From the NCBI RefSeq assembly GCF_009914755.1, contig NC_060937.1: a stretch of 64,000 nt of DNA; one strand, given 5' to 3'. The position numbers and the translations under genes are program-made. Of the stretch, positions 13,850 through 27,589 are shown one piece after another. Each line of letters begins with the position of its first letter. Within the stretch, counting starts at the first letter, position 1. The DNA comes from the human T2T-CHM13v2.0 reference genome, Homo sapiens. The notes beneath the pieces were generated by a model. That model was given only the letters and a program-made list of their open reading frames with translations. It was not told where the DNA came from and ran no database searches.

Positions 13850-14244
13850 TGTATCAGTCCCTTCTTGCATTGCTCTAAAGAACTACCGGATACCAGGTAA
13901 TTTATAAAGAAATGAGGTTTAACTGACTCACAGTTCCACAGGCTTGTACACGAAGCATGGCTGAGGAGGCCTCAGGAAACTTACAATCATGGCAGAAGGC
14001 GAAGAGGAAGGAGGCACATCTTACATGGCTGGAGCAGAGGAAGAGAGCGAAGGGGGAGTTGCTACACACTTTCAAACAACCAGATCTCCTGAGAACTCAC
14101 TCACAAGACAGCAGTAGGGCAGTGGTGCTAAATCATTAGAAACTGCCCCCATGATCCAATCACCTCCCATCAGGCCCCACCTTCAACAATAAGGTTAAAA
14201 TTTGACATGAGATTTGAGTGGAGACACAGAGCCGAGCCATATCA
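13850..14244 (-). mobile_element. MSTA-like MaLR solo LTR
   Basis: TG...CA termini (tgtatcagtcc...gccatatca) and MST-type motifs ggcctcaggaaacttacaatcatggcagaagg and cccccatgatccaatcacctccc. Confidence 0.92.
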
Positions 14245-14269
14245 AGCTTCTTATATGTTATGGTAATTC

Positions 14270-14750
14270 ATTTCTTCAAAAATGTTTCTGTAATGCCTGT
14301 TGGGTGCTACTTGCTAGGGGTGCAAGTGAACAAGACGGAAAGGCTCCCTGCCTTAAGACAGCTTGACGTAAAAGGGGAAGAAAAGTGTATGGGCATCACA
14401 TAACAGGTGGTGACGAGTCATGAAGGCTTATTAAGCAAAAGCTAAGTTTAAGCGTTGTTTACAGAAAGACAGGACTAGAAGCAATTTGGAAGCTGACTTA
14501 CAAAGATGTCTGATGTGATACAAGAGAAACTGCAGCCAGCTCACAGCCCACCACAACAGGACATGGGAAGAGGTGGTGAGGTCACAGTGGCAGTGGGAAG
14601 AAAGAGGAGGAAAAATATTTGAGAGACAGTTCAGAGCTGTACAGTCTTTGATGACTGAGATGAAGGAAGTGCTGGTGGTAAGAAAGAGCTGGGAGAAGAG
14701 TGTCAAGAATGACAAAGATTTTTCTAGATTTTCCACTAAGGTTAAGACAG
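14270..14750 (-). mobile_element. L2 LINE fragment
   Basis: Purine-rich antisense L2 3' sequence (gtgaacaagacggaaaggctccctgcc; gagtgtcaagaatgac). Boundaries approximate. Confidence 0.55.
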
Positions 14751-15615
14751 GAAACCAAATAGGAAAAGAAAACCATGTCACAATCCTCCTATATCCCTCA
14801 AAGGACCTACTACATTCTGGGATACATGAATATCTGGGTATAGTATTTAATTTCAATATATTTTGCTTACCTAAAATCTGTTACACAGAGGGAAAGATTT
14901 CTCTTAAGCTGCGCAGGTTCAAATCATATAAAAAAGACTAATAAAGTCAAATTTATCCAAACATGGAAATACAAGTTTGGTTAAAATTAAAAAAAAAAAT
15001 GCTATCAACCAATCCTCTGATTAGCCACATTTTCAAAAAAAATTTACTACCATTTTATTCTACAAACTCATGGTTATCAAAACCAAAAAACAAAATACAA
15101 ATTGCTATTTGCCAAAGTAGAAGTTTGAGTACTGTACATTAACATATTCATTGGTCATTTCCCTTTATGAAAAGTTGTTTGAATAGTAATGAAAAAAACA
15201 TTCACAACACTGAAGGGAGTATGTAATGAAATAACATCACTGGTCTTTTGTGTCAAGAGAAAATGAAGATTACTATTAAGTATTAAGTCACATATTTTCT
15301 GTGGGAAACAAAGGAAATAATTATTGACCTAAATTTCCACCTTTTCTTGTGTACAATGATTTCAAGTTGCTCCTTATCAAACCCAAAATGGATTAACTTT
15401 CTACAACATGGATCAGTGAGTGTTTAGCTCCTGCATAGCCTGGAAAAAAATAGTGCTGAAGAGTTGGGAAAAATAAAAGAATGTATAGGAATAATAAAAA
15501 TCCAAGTTAAGTTTTTAAAGTGTGACCATTCCAATGAAAACAAGAAAGAGCAAGCAACCTTAATTTTTTCTTTGGCAGCCAGAAAAATGTGCACACTGCT
15601 AAACAAGTAAACTAA

Positions 15616-15940
<325 letters not shown>

Positions 15941-16624
15941 CGGTTTTGTCTTTTTCTAAGAATCTACATTCATTCTCTTCATATATTTGTAATTTAAATA
16001 TTTAGTTAAAACTTTGTGCTTATATGTAATTTTATCTTCCTCTGAAAACCTTGAGCATGGTATTGGTTTCTAGTGGAATGTATGTTTCCAAAAAAAAGTG
16101 AGGCAGAAAAAATGATCTTTAGATTTTTACTTCATCCAAGAAAGGTTATCAAAGCACATAAAAGCATGACGTAGTGTTTGCCTTGTTATTACAAGGTATA
16201 ACAAAAGTAGTTAGGACTAAAAGATTATTTCAATACTAACTAAGTTGTAGCAGTTTGCATTGTCTAGACAGTCATGTCAGACACCTAACAAGAATGGCCA
16301 TGCCTTTCCTCTTTTTCCCACCAACACTCTGGATGCTCACAATGCAGAGAAGAAAGATATCTTGCATTTCTATGGCCAAATGCATACACTTGACCCAATA
16401 TATAATCTATCAATTTTTCAAGAATATCCACTTCCAAGTTAAGATTTTTCCAGATTTCCCAAATGATGTCTTTAGTTATATTAAATTTTACGTATAATCC
16501 AATTACTGTACTAATTTGACATTTTTATTGGCAATGCTGTTAAATATCTAATTCATTTCACCCAAATATCCCCAAGAATTCTGTACACTTTCATTATTGC
16601 ATAGAGTACAAGTTAGAATAGGAC

Positions 16625-16835
16625 ATTGCCTTGGAGCATGGGCCTGATGATCAGACTTCCTGGTTTAGTCTCTACCATGTATATAAGTCCAGGTGTATGA
16701 GACTTTCTTCTGGTTTCAGTTTTCTTATCTGTAAAGTGCTGATAAATTTCTGCTTCATATAATTTTTTTAAGACTTCAAAGAGGCAATGTATATAAACTG
16801 CTTAGCACATAATGTCTTTTACAAATGTTAATAGG
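16625..16835 (+). mobile_element. MIR SINE
   Basis: cagacttcctggttt...tttcagttttcttatctgtaaagtg...aatgtatataaactgcttagcaca. Confidence 0.7.
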
Positions 16836-18038
16836 TAATATTTAAATAATTATAATTAGTAATAGCAGTAATAGTGGTATTTCACTTATTCTTCCCAAAC
16901 TGATTTTTAGAATGGGTGTACTAACCTGATTTTCTTTGACTCTTTGCAGAAACCACTAAGTTTTGTGTGTTATATTCTTTATAAAACTATTACATAACTA
17001 AAACAGAAATGTTAAGAGTTGTTTTTTATAAATGATGACAGGAATTGACAGAAAACTAACCCACACAATTAATACATAATTGTGGAATACATTAATATAT
17101 AATTATGGTAAATGGCAGCAATGAATTATTTTATCTGTTTAAAACTGTGACGATGTACACACCGATTACACAGAAATACAAGTCACTTCATCCTAATGAG
17201 GACATCTAATGTTTTCTGACTACTAAAGACAACCATGAAGTGTCTGATAGTGCTTCCTAGCAAGCAAATTCTATATTTGACATAGTGCTAAATAAAAAGC
17301 TTTACTGGTTCTCCTTTATGTGATTATCCAGAAATATACTGTTTAAGAGAAAGACATTTATTACTGAACGTATTTAACAAACAGATTACTGGAGAAGTTA
17401 TCCACAAAGTGGCCTGTAATTTGAGCCCTGGAAAACTTTCAAAATTACTTGAGGAAATCAAAAGAACTACAAAGGAAATAAGTTGCTAAATTTCAAAATT
17501 AGCCTGCATTTAGGGCAATATGAAGTCAGCAATACCAACACCTCTGTGCCATTACACATGTTCCTGTCATCACCCTGACGATGTTCTTTCCCCACCTCTG
17601 CTTTTCCACATTTTACCAACCATGCTTGTCTCTTCTTGGAATTTCTGTAGGATGTACATGCATGTACATAAATAAATTAAATCCAGCATTCTTTTTTCCT
17701 TTCTGGAGTATTTCTCCAATTCTAAAACGTACCACAATAAAGTCATAAAGGAAACAAAATTCATTCAACAGAAATTTGGAATACATTTTTAAATTAAGGA
17801 ATTATATAACTGCACGGCATTTACTCAGGCCTTGTTACTTCCTGCCAGCCTCTTAATAAGCATGACCCATAAAAATAGAAACAGTATAATTTTGAATAAC
17901 TGAATAACTTATCATACCCAGGAAGTTTCTATTACCCTCTTTTGCTATTTGATGCTGAATATGGCTAAAATAAATGTTGCCAATAGAGAGAGTATATTTG
18001 AGGAAGTCCATTGTTGTAACTCACATATTCTTTGAGAC

Positions 18039-18252
18039 CAGGGTTTCTTGACATCTGCACTACAGACATTTACACCAGATAAGTCTTTCTTGTCCGGGCT
18101 GTCCTGTACAATGTAGGATGCTTAGCAGCATCCTTGGCTTCTGCCACTATATCCCAGTAACATCCCCTCAGTTGTAACCATCAAAAATGCCTTCAGAAAT
18201 AGCCAAATGTTGCAGAGGAGAGGTAGTAAAGCAGCCCATTTCAGAACCACTG
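18039..18252. mobile_element. MER20 (hAT-Charlie) non-autonomous DNA transposon
   Basis: TIRs cagggtttct... / ...agaaccactg; internal gggctgtcctgtacaatgtaggatgcttagcagcatccttggc is typical of MER20. Confidence 0.88.
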
Positions 18253-18301
18253 TTTTATAATTGCTGATTCTATGAACTCATTAGAAAAGAACCTTAATTT
18301 T

Positions 18302-18582
18302 GTCCAGGCATGCTGGGTCACATCTGTAATCCCAGCACCTTGGGAGGCCAAGGCAGGAGGACTGCTTGAGCCCAGGAGTTTCAGACCAGCCCTGGCAACA
18401 TAGCAAGACCCCATCTCTACAAAAAATAACAATAAAAAAAACTAGACGGTCATGGTGGTGTGCACCTATAGTCCCAGCTAATCAGGCTTAAGTGAAATGA
18501 TCACTTGAGCCTGGGAGGTCGAGGCTATGACCCATAATTGTTCCACTGCACTCCAGTCTGGGCAACAGAGTAAGGCCCTGTG
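18302..18582 (+). mobile_element. AluJ element
   Basis: J-type ttgagcccaggagtt and ctgggcaacagagtaaggccctg; 13-bp TSD gaaccttaatttt at 18289-18301 and 18809-18821. Confidence 0.93.
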
Positions 18583-18808
18583 AAAGAAAGGAAGGAAAGA
18601 AAGGGAGGGAAGGGAAGGAAAAAAGGGAAAGGAAAGGAGGGAAAGGAGGGAAGGGAAAGGAGGGAAAGGAAAGGAAAAGAAAGGAAAGGAAAGGAAAGGA
18701 AAGGAAAGGAAAGGAAAGGAAAGGAAAGGAAAGGAAAGGAAAGGAAAGGAAAGGAAAGGAAAGGAAAGGAAAGGAAGGAAAAGAAAGAAAAGGAAAGGAG
18801 GAAGGAAG
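18583..18808 (+). repeat. Polypurine (AAAGG)n / GGAA microsatellite in the Alu tail
   Basis: 19 uninterrupted AAGGA units at 18681-18775, with degenerate AAGG/AAGGG flanks. Confidence 0.98.
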
Positions 18809-19718
18809 GAACCTTAATTTTATGTTGAATTATACTTCCCAATAAAATAATACCTCAATATTGAAAGAAAATAACACCTGATATAAAAATCATACTTATA
18901 ATTTGCTTCAGAATATATCTGCTGGGAAATTAGCAATACTTTAAAAGATAATTTTATTATTTTCCTTAAATTCCTTCTATCCTTTCTGCATATCCAAGTT
19001 TCTCCAACAAACAAGTGCAAAGATCCCAGAAAAGGGCTGCAAATTTGCTTATTAGTTCAAGCAATGGAAACTGAAAGAAACCTGAAGATTTCAATATTAA
19101 TATAACAACTAAGGAAATCTCTCTGGCCCCATTCTTAGACATGGCCAATGAGGATCTACTAAATTAGCCTCAGAAGTCTCCAAAGTAACTACAATTACCC
19201 AAATTAATATGGTGACTTAACTTTCAACAGGGAACTAGAAGACAGAGTTTTATCCTTGGCTCTACATCAGATTGGCTGGATAAGATCTTTAGATTTTGCA
19301 TTCCTTCACAAAAACAAAGAGTGACCCCTGTATCAAGAACAAAATATTTCACAATATGAACTGAAATATAAACCTGTTTATATTTTATTAATTTTGTTAG
19401 AAAAAAGTGACATAAAATTTAATATATCCTTGTGGTTGTTCCATCTAGTTTCTGTGAAGAACAATAAAAATGATCACAAGTTATGTAAATAAATTGCTAA
19501 AGAAACGAGGGAAGGGTGCTCTTTATAAAAAATTAAAAGATACGCTGGGCAGTAGGGCAAGAAACACAGGTTTAAACGTTGGATCCTTTCTAGAAGATCG
19601 TACTGTTGATTCACAGGAATAAAAGAGGGAATTGGTTTTAGAAGACAGGAGATATGCAGAAAAGCAAACCACAAATTCACTTCTTTTCGCACATGCAGTT
19701 TTGTTGCACCGTCTATAT

Positions 19719-20334
<616 letters not shown>

Positions 20335-20659
20335 TTCTACATTATCATGTCAGTGGCTCTCACACTGAATTGGTACCATGATCTTACCTGTAGTTTCCAC
20401 CCAATCTTTCTGGAAATTGAAAGGTGGCGGGGAGTGGGAAGTTTTGAATGTCATAAAATTGGAAGAATGCCACTTTCCTTTATCACCCAGAAGCTAGAGA
20501 TGTTAAAAGTCCTTAGCGTATGAGTCAGTCCAAACAACTAACTGCTCTATCCACAATCTCAGGTGTGCCCCAACTGGAAAACACGAAGGTGATCTCATCT
20601 GCTAGGCAGACTTCAGCAACTAATTGCTGAAACCTAACTTTGTATCTTTAGCACTGGCC

Positions 20660-20990
20660 TCTTTATCCCCGAAGATCCAGAACTATATTCCAACTGACCC
20701 CTTAACATCTCCAACTGGACATTCCATGGGGATGGCACAACTAACAAATCCAAACCAAGTTCAGCATCTCTGACCTCCACACCCCCCTTCCAAAAAAAAA
20801 AAAACGCAGGCAAGAAAGACACATCTTGCTCCGCATCATGAATTTTCCATCAAGGAATGACATCATCATTGACACAACCCTATTTCTCAGGCTAGCAACT
20901 GTTCCCTTGCTACCCCACATAAAACTTGTTACCACAATTCTTGGCCAGTCACAGCCGGCCTTTTCTCTCTATTCCAATTGTCATTGTCCC
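20660..20990 (+). mobile_element. L2 LINE fragment
   Basis: atattccaactgacccct...acatctccaactggacattcc...caaatccaaaccaagttcagcatc is L2 3' ORF/UTR-like. Boundaries approximate. Confidence 0.6.
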
Positions 20991-22605
20991 ATATATGATG
21001 GTATTTTCTTTCATCCCACCACCAAAGACATTTTGGGACAGAGGGAAATTGTTCCTCTATGTCTACAGCTTAACTAATTTAACCAGCATCAGAGGAAAAT
21101 CTTGGCAATTGTTGATGCTAGATAAAATGTAAGGTCATAAGGAAGCCTTAGAAAATATGTCTGCATTTTATATAAAATATATATTATTTATATTAGATAT
21201 ATTAAAGGAGAAATGAAGTCTACTAGTAGATAAGGATAAGTGACTTACATAGCAGTTAAAAGTATTATATATAATTAGATGTGTTTAAATATAGTACATG
21301 TATATGGTAATGTACTACATATGTAAAATTATATATCTCATGTAATATATTTACATATGAAGTGATTCTCATTATGGTTATTTCAGGCAAATATAAAGAG
21401 ACATTTTAGGAACCTTATTTCTCAACACATTATCAGGTAAATGCTGTATAAAAACAAAGATATTGCTTCTAGATTTTAAAAGGGCAATGCATAATAAAAC
21501 TTTATTTTGCTCCTAATAGTTTAGTCTGAAAGATCAGACGATGGCAAACCACCACCACCTTTTGAAAGTTAAAATTGCGGGATCAACAGCCTCAAATACC
21601 GCAAAATGCAAGCTTTTTTTGTTTTACCATTAACTTGAAACCCTACTAAACTCCCTGAAAAAAACTGGAGATACATAAATAGATGAGAAACATCAGGCCT
21701 ACAGGCATCCTGGAAAAATAACAATATTCACAGCCAATGTGAGTCTCAAAAAGTGACTGAACAATCGACCTGCTTCCAGTATTAAAAATAATAATTGAAA
21801 TCAATCTAATGTCAAACAATTGAGAACTAGATGAATAGATTATGAGACATTCAAACCACCAAATATTTATATATTAAATATGTAGCTCTTTGTCTTGATA
21901 TAAATGACGAATCACAAAGAAGTGAAAAAAACAGTATGTTCCTATAACTTTAAAAATAATGCATATGAGACAGAAAAAGCATGCTAAAATGATAAACACT
22001 CAAAATTGGAGCTGATAGAACATGGAGTGAGATTTTTCACTTGCTTTGACATGTTTTCTCACTTTTTAAAATAATTTTAAATGTTATCTATACAATTAAA
22101 ATAAATGCTTGACAGTTCAAAATGTGAGGCAAAAAAAGAGTCAAGTGGGCTAAAAAAAAGAAGAGCCAATGGTTGGGATAAAAAAAACAAAGTTCCTATA
22201 CAGGTTAGCAATCATAAAGTGTAAAAGAGTCATTTTGGTTCTCTAACCAGCAATGTGCACATACATACAAACACATACACACTGTCCCATATATACTCAT
22301 GTTACAGTTACAATTTAACTAATACAAAACTTAAAAATATGCAGCTGAAACTGAAACAATGTATTGTCTAAGTTATATTTGTAACTGATATGCTGAATCT
22401 GTTATACAGCTTGAACTGCACTATCAAAACGTTTGCAAATATTTTCATTATGCAGAGATCTATGTTATACTGTTAACTCATCTGAGAATGATATGTTTTT
22501 TATGTTCTAGGGAGTTCCTTGACAATAGACAAATGGACACATTATACTATTATCTTGTGCTAAGTATTTAGTATCCTTAAAAAAGAAATTATTGGCCAAA
22601 TACTT

Positions 22606-22638
<33 letters not shown>

Positions 22639-22971
22639 TACAGGGAGTAGCCAGTGAGTGTACTTTTAAAGATCTTACTCATAGGAGAAATAAATCTTTC
22701 CTGGTTCTGTCTGGGGAAAGTACACAAGAACAAAAAGATTTACACTTGTCAGATTTTTGAATAAAACATACTATCTTATAATCACAACAATTAGATTCTG
22801 CCCTCCTTTGAGCCTTTAATCATGATAGCCACATTCTCAGATTATATAACAATATTGGAAATGTTTTTTGAGAAAATTCCTAGAGAGTTATTATGAAGAG
22901 GACTGTGTTCTCACTAACAATGCATTTTTGGAAGAACTAAAAATATCCTCTGGGTATTTTCTTAAAAAAAT

Positions 22972-23290
22972 CTTTCCGGTTTCCTGCCTAGCATGTAAGA
23001 AGCTTAGAAGTAGCCACTCCATCCTAACAAGTGAGAAGCTGAACAAACCGAAAAAATCAACAACTCTTCTCAGATCTGTTAGAGAAGTCACAGGCAAATA
23101 CAGTCCCGAAATTGGAGACAAAGATGGAAGACACAGAGAAACAGAACTTACCAGGGAAGAAAACTCTGTGAGAACCAGTATTCAGGCAGGAAACCCCAAA
23201 TTGTAATTGACGGATTGCTAGGGACTCAGAGTGGACAACTCTAGGAGTTAAAAACTCCAGGGGGACCAAGTCACAGGGGGCTCCTGACAT
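22972..23290 (+). mobile_element. Old L1M 5'-end fragment (L1MC/MD-type)
   Basis: ttccggtttcctgcc...aagcttagaagtagccactccatcctaacaagtgagaagctgaacaaaccgaaaaaatcaacaactcttctcagatc resembles ancient L1 5'UTR consensus. Confidence 0.6.
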
Positions 23291-23367
23291 GTGTACAGTA
23301 AAATCTGCAATCTTACCTAAATTTAATAAAACTTAAGGAGTGTGTGTTATAATGAGACTTTAGGGCA

Positions 23368-24340
23368 ACAGACACCTTACCAAACAAGACAAAGATGGCA
23401 AGTTAGCATATGAAAAGATGTTCAACACCATACATCATTAGGGAATTGCAAATTAAAACAACGAGATGCCATTACACAACTATTAGAATGGCCAAAATCC
23501 AAAACACTAACATCAGCAAATGTAGGGGAGGATGTGGAGCAACAGGAACTCTCATTTCTGGTAGAAATGCAAAATGGGCAGCCACTTTGGATGACAGTTT
23601 ATTAGCTTCTTACAAAACTAAATATATTCTTACCATAAGATCACACTGTCACTGTCTTTGGAATTTACTCAAATGAACTGAAATTATGTCCATGCAACCT
23701 TTATAGCAGCATTATTCATAATCCCCAAGGCTTGGAAGCAATCAAAATGTCCTTCATTAGGTGAATGGATAAACTGTGGTACATCCAGACAATGGAATAT
23801 TAATCAGCAATAGAAAGAAATTAGTTATCAAGCCATGAAAAGACATGCAGGAACCTTACATGCATATTACTGAGTGAAAAATAAATTTAAAAAGCCAGTC
23901 TGAAAAGGTAATATCCTATATGATTTCAACTCTATGACATTTTGGAAAAGGCAAAACTACTGACACAGTAAAATGATCAAGAGATGCCAGGTCTTAAGGG
24001 GAAGGAAAAGATAAACAGGAAGGGCATAGAAGATTTCTAGAACAATAAAACTATTTTTATGAGACTATGATAGTGAATACACATCAATATGCACTTGTCA
24101 AAACCCACAGAATGTACACAAAGAGTAAGCCCTATTGCAGACTATGGACTTCGAATCACAATGATGTGTCAACGTAGGTTCATCCATTGTAACAAATGTA
24201 CCACTGTCGTGCAGGATGCTGAAATTTTTAAGGAGGTTGCGTATGTGTAGGGATGAGGGGTAGATGGGAACTCTCTGTACTTTCTGCTCAATTTTGCTGT
24301 GCATTCAAAATTCTAAAAATAAAGTGTATTTTAAAAATCT
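23368..24340 (+). mobile_element. L1MC-type LINE, ORF2 C-terminus and 3'UTR
   Basis: ORF 23410..23676 (MKRCSTPYIIRELQIKTTRCHYTTIRMAKI) is a degenerate L1 ORF2 C-terminus; followed by L1MC 3'UTR motifs (caaaacccacagaatgtacac, gggaactctctgtactttctgctcaattttgctgt). Confidence 0.92.
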
Positions 24341-24952
24341 CTTCGCAAGTTTAATCACAAATTCTACTTTTTAAAATTCAAAAACAAAAAGAATATACTC
24401 TGTACCATGGTCTCCAAAAAAAGCAGTTAAAAATAAATGGACAATTCGATAATGCATTTCCTAACTCACTTCAGGGGTACTATAATTAATATTTAGACAT
24501 ATGTAAAAACACTAGTGCCTAAAAGTAACCACGATTGCCAAGTCTATAAAATTATAAAAAGTAGCAAGGTGCTATCTCAAGAGTTTTGAAGAAACAGACC
24601 ATTCTCTCACACAATTTTATATTACTTAAGCATACTTGTAACAGAGATTCAAACATAATTCTATCACCCCACATTACTTTTTAGCATTTTGTCAACACCA
24701 ATAGAAGGGATTGGTTAATAATCTGAAATACCAGGCAACATGGGCAAATATATCATTCTTCATTTAATCATTTTTCCCCTAGCAGTAAAGAAAATTGCTA
24801 TCTGGTATACTTATTAAATAAAAGATTAAAATACAATTAAATAAAGCATAGTCATTTTGTGCCAGAAGATGTAAGAATATGTGTGTTCTATTGGGATAGA
24901 AAAATCAAAGTTTCTATACAGGTTAACAATCATAAAGTATAAGAGAGTCATT

Positions 24953-24953
<1 letters not shown>

Positions 24954-24989
<36 letters not shown>

Positions 24990-25036
24990 ATATATGCTGA
25001 AGTATAGTACTTCAGTATACACACACACACACACAC
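24954..25036. repeat. (CA)n microsatellite, two blocks
   Basis: acacacac... at 24956-24987 and 25019-25036. Confidence 0.95.
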
Positions 25037-26153
25037 TCGGAATTATTTGTATGTCCCTGAAAAACATCCAGTGGGAAAAACCATCGCAGGCATTGAGACA
25101 CAGCACTCTGCCTCAACTAACCTTAACTTTTCTATTTATTTTCAATTTTAGAATGGATTATATAAACGTTAAAAAATGGTTTTAGGTTTTACTACTTCCA
25201 ACAATTAGGACAAGTCATTCAACAATGTTTTTGGAACATCTGTTTATATCAACTACCTTTTAAGTTAAAAAGTTTTCGGAAAAATAATTCCAATTTTCTA
25301 TATGGAAAAGTTTCGTATATAATTTAGTACTCGTATGACGCTAATAATGCCAATGGATAAATCTTTCATTTTCAATACTAACTTCAGAAAATCTTAATAT
25401 TTTGACATAGAAAATAAGTTGTCAAGGAGAAGCAGAAATATTTATCTAAATGTAATTACTTGAAAAAACATTGTTTATATTTATGCAAGCTACTAATTTT
25501 AAATAAGAAATCATGTACAGCTTGGATGCTAAAGTCTGATTGATTGGTTCAGAAATGCAAACACCCAAAAGAACTGGCAAAAAGATTGTGCCCCTCAATA
25601 ACAGATGAGAAGAAAACCTAGCACTATGGGATTATGAAGTGGAACTTAAGCAAGAACAGTCTCTGAGGTTCAACTCATGCGTTTGTTTCTACAATTTATT
25701 ACCAGTGAAATCAACAAATGGGGAAGCTAGCTTGAAAGTACTGACAGATTCCTTCTGAAGTATTGTGACAAATGTCTAATTTTATACCATTCATGATCTT
25801 CCATCCAAATAGTGGGCAATGGAAAAGTAATATGTGTGACAGTATAACTAGTAAGAGAAAACCCAGGTACCCTGTACTTTCACACACCCACACCAACTAC
25901 AGCCATGGATGCAGAGACATAAAGAGTCCACAAGAAAACACAAATATTAATAAGTAGGTCCATGCAACAGTGAGCATCTTACTGGCTCCTACCTACAATT
26001 CATTGATCTTTGCATCTCCCATTGTTTACAGAATAGCTCACAGAACACAGAAGCTCAAAACAGCCTACCCAGGTTTTTTTCCAGGTTATTGGACATTGAC
26101 AATAGCAAAACCACCGCTCAATTTCAGAAACACTCTATAAGAATCTTAGGTCA

Positions 26154-26286
26154 GCCGAGCACGGTGGCTCATGCCTGTAATCCCAGCACTTCGGGAGGCC
26201 AAGGCGGGTGGATCACGAGGTCAGGAGATCAAGACCATCCTGGCTAACATGGTGAAACTCCGTCTCTACTTAAAAAAAAAAAAAAA
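26154..26286 (+). mobile_element. Left arm only of an AluY/Sc-type element, with poly(A) and TSD
   Basis: gatcacgaggtcaggagatcaagaccatcctggctaacatgg followed by A17; TSD aatcttaggtca / aatctaaggtca. Confidence 0.92.
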
Positions 26287-26362
26287 AATCTAAGGTCATT
26301 CTAGTTTTAGTGTATACCCGAAAGCTTTTTGGACCCCCCAATTCTCTCAAAAAGGTATCAGA

Positions 26363-26497
26363 AGCTGGACATGGTGGCTCATGCCTATAAATCCCAGCAC
26401 TTTGGGAGGTTGAGGTGGGAGGATCACTTGAGCCCAAGTGTTCGAGACTGGCGTGGGTAACATAGTGAGACCTCGTCTTTACTTCAAAAACAAAAAA
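26363..26497 (+). mobile_element. FLAM_C-like Alu monomer
   Basis: ggaggatcacttgagcccaag...gggtaacatagtgagacctcgtc plus an A-rich tail; TSD-like atcagaa. Confidence 0.85.
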
Positions 26498-27589
26498 CAT
26501 GATCAGAATAAATGGCAGGAGGCACATTAAAGAGAATCTGACACATTAAGGTTGATATGAACCTAGCCTATGACATTCCAAGGAAGCCAAAGACGAAACA
26601 GGACTGTAAGCAGTGCTTCCCAATTATTTTCACACTATGGAACATGCAAAAAAGGTAGCAGCTCCATTGCATACCGGGGTAAGCAGTTTAGCTTGGCCTT
26701 GGCAGGCAGTCCCAAGGGGTAGGGATGCACATCTCAGGTACACTTGTAACCCATCTGTGAGGGATCAGTGTGACTCCAGATACCATAACAGTCAAAAGCC
26801 TTTACCTTAGGATCCAATGCCCTCAACATGGCTACTTCACAAACAAAGCTACCATCAACAGCAAAAAAAAATAGTGCTGAGAACTTTATACTTTAATAGG
26901 TCAATGCTGCCACCATTAAAAATACATTATCCCATGACAATAATACATATTTCAGACGAATAATACATATTTCAGACTAAAGACTTTGGGGCAAAATATT
27001 TTAATGTCAAGTCTCCATAAGAAATATTTTATTCTAAAAGCACTTTATTTTGATGGCTCATTTCTTCATTCTTCCATCGGACCTAACTAATATATACAAG
27101 GATTCCAGCCTCTAATTACCTCTGTACAGTCCTCTACAGTGATAGGATGTGTAGGCCAAGCAGATATGATGGGTGGGGAATCTGGCTGTCACCAAGCCAA
27201 AGATCTTGCGCTTGTATCTACATGGCTGTTTACGATCCATCCGCTTCTGCGTGGTCCATGCAGTGATAACGTGGAGGCTGACTTAGCATCCCAAGGGCAG
27301 ATGCAGACAACATTCACGCACATAACTGCACACTGCTCCAAAACTTCTGCTCCCCTTTCCACCTTTCATCTTTCCCTTTCCAGAAGCAAATAAATATATT
27401 AAAATTTCCCACTCTCACCAAAAGGCATAAGATGACTGGAACCTCTGTAGAGGTTATTAAGCCCCTATTATAACATGCTCTTCAAGCTATGAAATGACAA
27501 TTTTATACCAATGAGCTTTCTTTTCCAAGTTCTTCTGATGTAGCTGCTATGTAAATTAAATTAAGAGCAGGCCACTCTAATACTCTAGT

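Noticed and set aside
18525-18842. 105-aa (LSFPF)n ORF and 82-aa (KGKER)n ORF
   Set aside because: Open only because the pentanucleotide repeat contains no stop codons.
21170-21360. Extremely AT-rich, TA-repeat-like stretch
   Set aside because: Low-complexity sequence without a clear periodic unit or long palindrome.
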